NCBI RefSeq assembly: GCF_006345805.1 | Contig: NC_042997.1 | Location: forward strand, 202,678,001-202,742,000 | From: Octopus sinensis | Lineage: Eukaryota | DNA: 64,000 nucleotides | Reading direction: 5' to 3' | Shown here: piece after piece, positions 62,971-64,000 of the stretch | How the letters are laid out: each line of letters begins with the position of its first letter | How positions within the stretch are numbered: position 1 is the first letter of the stretch | Notes under the pieces: generated by a model | Told to the model about the DNA's origin: nothing | The model's database searches: none | The model's input: the letters and a program-made list of their open reading frames with translations, nothing else | Program-made: the position numbers and the translations under genes

Positions 62971-63233
62971 ATATATATATTGGCATTTGGAAGGGTATCC
63001 AGCTGTAAAAAGCATGCCAAAACTGACCTTGCCAGTGCTGGTTCCTCATAAAAAGCAGTCAACCCACTATGTAGAGTGAGTGTTAGGAAGGGCATCCAGC
63101 CATAAAAACTATGCCAAAACAGACTCAAAAATATGATGCAGGCTCCTACTTGGCCAGCGCCTGCTGGACCACATCCAGCCGATGCCAGAATGGAAGGAGA
63201 ATGTTAAATGATGATGTATACATACATATTATA

Positions 63234-64000
63234 TCAGGCTGAGTAAAAAGTAAGCAACGTTTTGAAACATGAACTTCATCACAATATATTTCAACAATGC
63301 AGAAATTTTATTCATCAAAGTAAGCACCATTACAATCAACGCAATTTTGTCAATGAGTTACAAGTTTGTTTATTCCAGTAACATAAAAATCTGGAGTTCT
63401 GGAGCTGATGAACTATTTGAATGCACTTTTAGCATCAGTTTGATTTTTGAACTCCTTCTCTCACAGAAAACTATCAATGTGCTTTAAAACATCGTAGTTG
63501 GTAAGAGAAAAGTCTGGGAAATAAGTTGGGTGGGGAAGAACTTTGTAGCCAAGTTCCCTCAACTTCTGGAGCGCCATTAGTGAAATGTGTGGTCGAGCAA
63601 TGTCATGAAGAATGATTGGCCCTCTTCTGTTGAACAGTATGGGACGGAGGAGTAGCAGTTTTTTGTTTGTTTTGACAATTTCATGGCAATATGTTTCTGC
63701 TGTAATGGTTTTTCCAGGTTTTAAGAAGTTATAGTGGATTAGTCCAGCAGTACGCCACCAAACAGTCACTATAACCTTCTTTTTGAAGAGCTCAGGTTAA
63801 GGGAAGGTTTTTGTAGTTTCATTTTGGTCCAACTGCTGTGAAGAACATTTTTTATTATTGTACAGACTCCACTTTTGATTGCAAGTTACAATATGATAAA
63901 GAAATGGATTGGTTTGGTTATGGAGAAGAAGTGACGAGCAAATTTCATATCTGTGCATTTTCTGATTTTCATTTAAACCGTGTGGTTCCCATTTGTCGAG
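63234..64000 (-). mobile_element. Hsmar1-like (cecropia-type) mariner, 3' two-thirds, truncated by the window edge
   Basis: 231 codons in a single frame (64000-63308) with 4 stops: LDKWEPHGL...IVTCNQKW...LHDIARPH...HPTYFPDF...GINKLV..CVDCNGAYFDE; TA + TIR tcaggctgagtaaaaagtaagcaacgtttt. Confidence 0.92.

Noticed and set aside
803-64000. SETMAR-like fusion of SETD2 with the Hsmar1-like mariner
   Set aside because: The mariner is 44 kb past the SETD2 stop, on the opposite strand, and has in-frame stops

Overview
AT-rich, repeat-dense eukaryotic DNA with no prokaryotic features. It is most likely an octopus/cephalopod genome; that is inferred from the repeat families and microsatellite load. 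Bases 803-19209 (+) hold the last 12 coding exons of a SETD2 orthologue (H3K36 methyltransferase): post-SET region, a Tyr-periodic DPNxxY repeat, WW domain and SRI domain. The splice phases join into 987 aa plus stop only if one A is added to an A6 run in exon 3258-3320, which also uses a GC donor. A tRNA-His(GTG) gene lies at 45390-45461. The rest is mostly mobile DNA: about 25 RTE-LINE 3' tails plus one copy contiguous with its RT, CR1 ends, two Penelope-like fragments, Tc1 and mariner relics, piggyBac-type and hAT MITEs, Helentron-type HINEs, three tRNA-SINE families and large microsatellites. The most notable signal is five minimal type-I hammerhead-ribozyme-like motifs in three repeat families, four of them in SETD2 introns. 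One family has a consistent A6-to-U core variant, and another is a tRNA-headed SINE duplicated as a 406-bp hairpin. A few candidate exons of an unidentified minus-strand gene (23-34 kb) are reported at low confidence.
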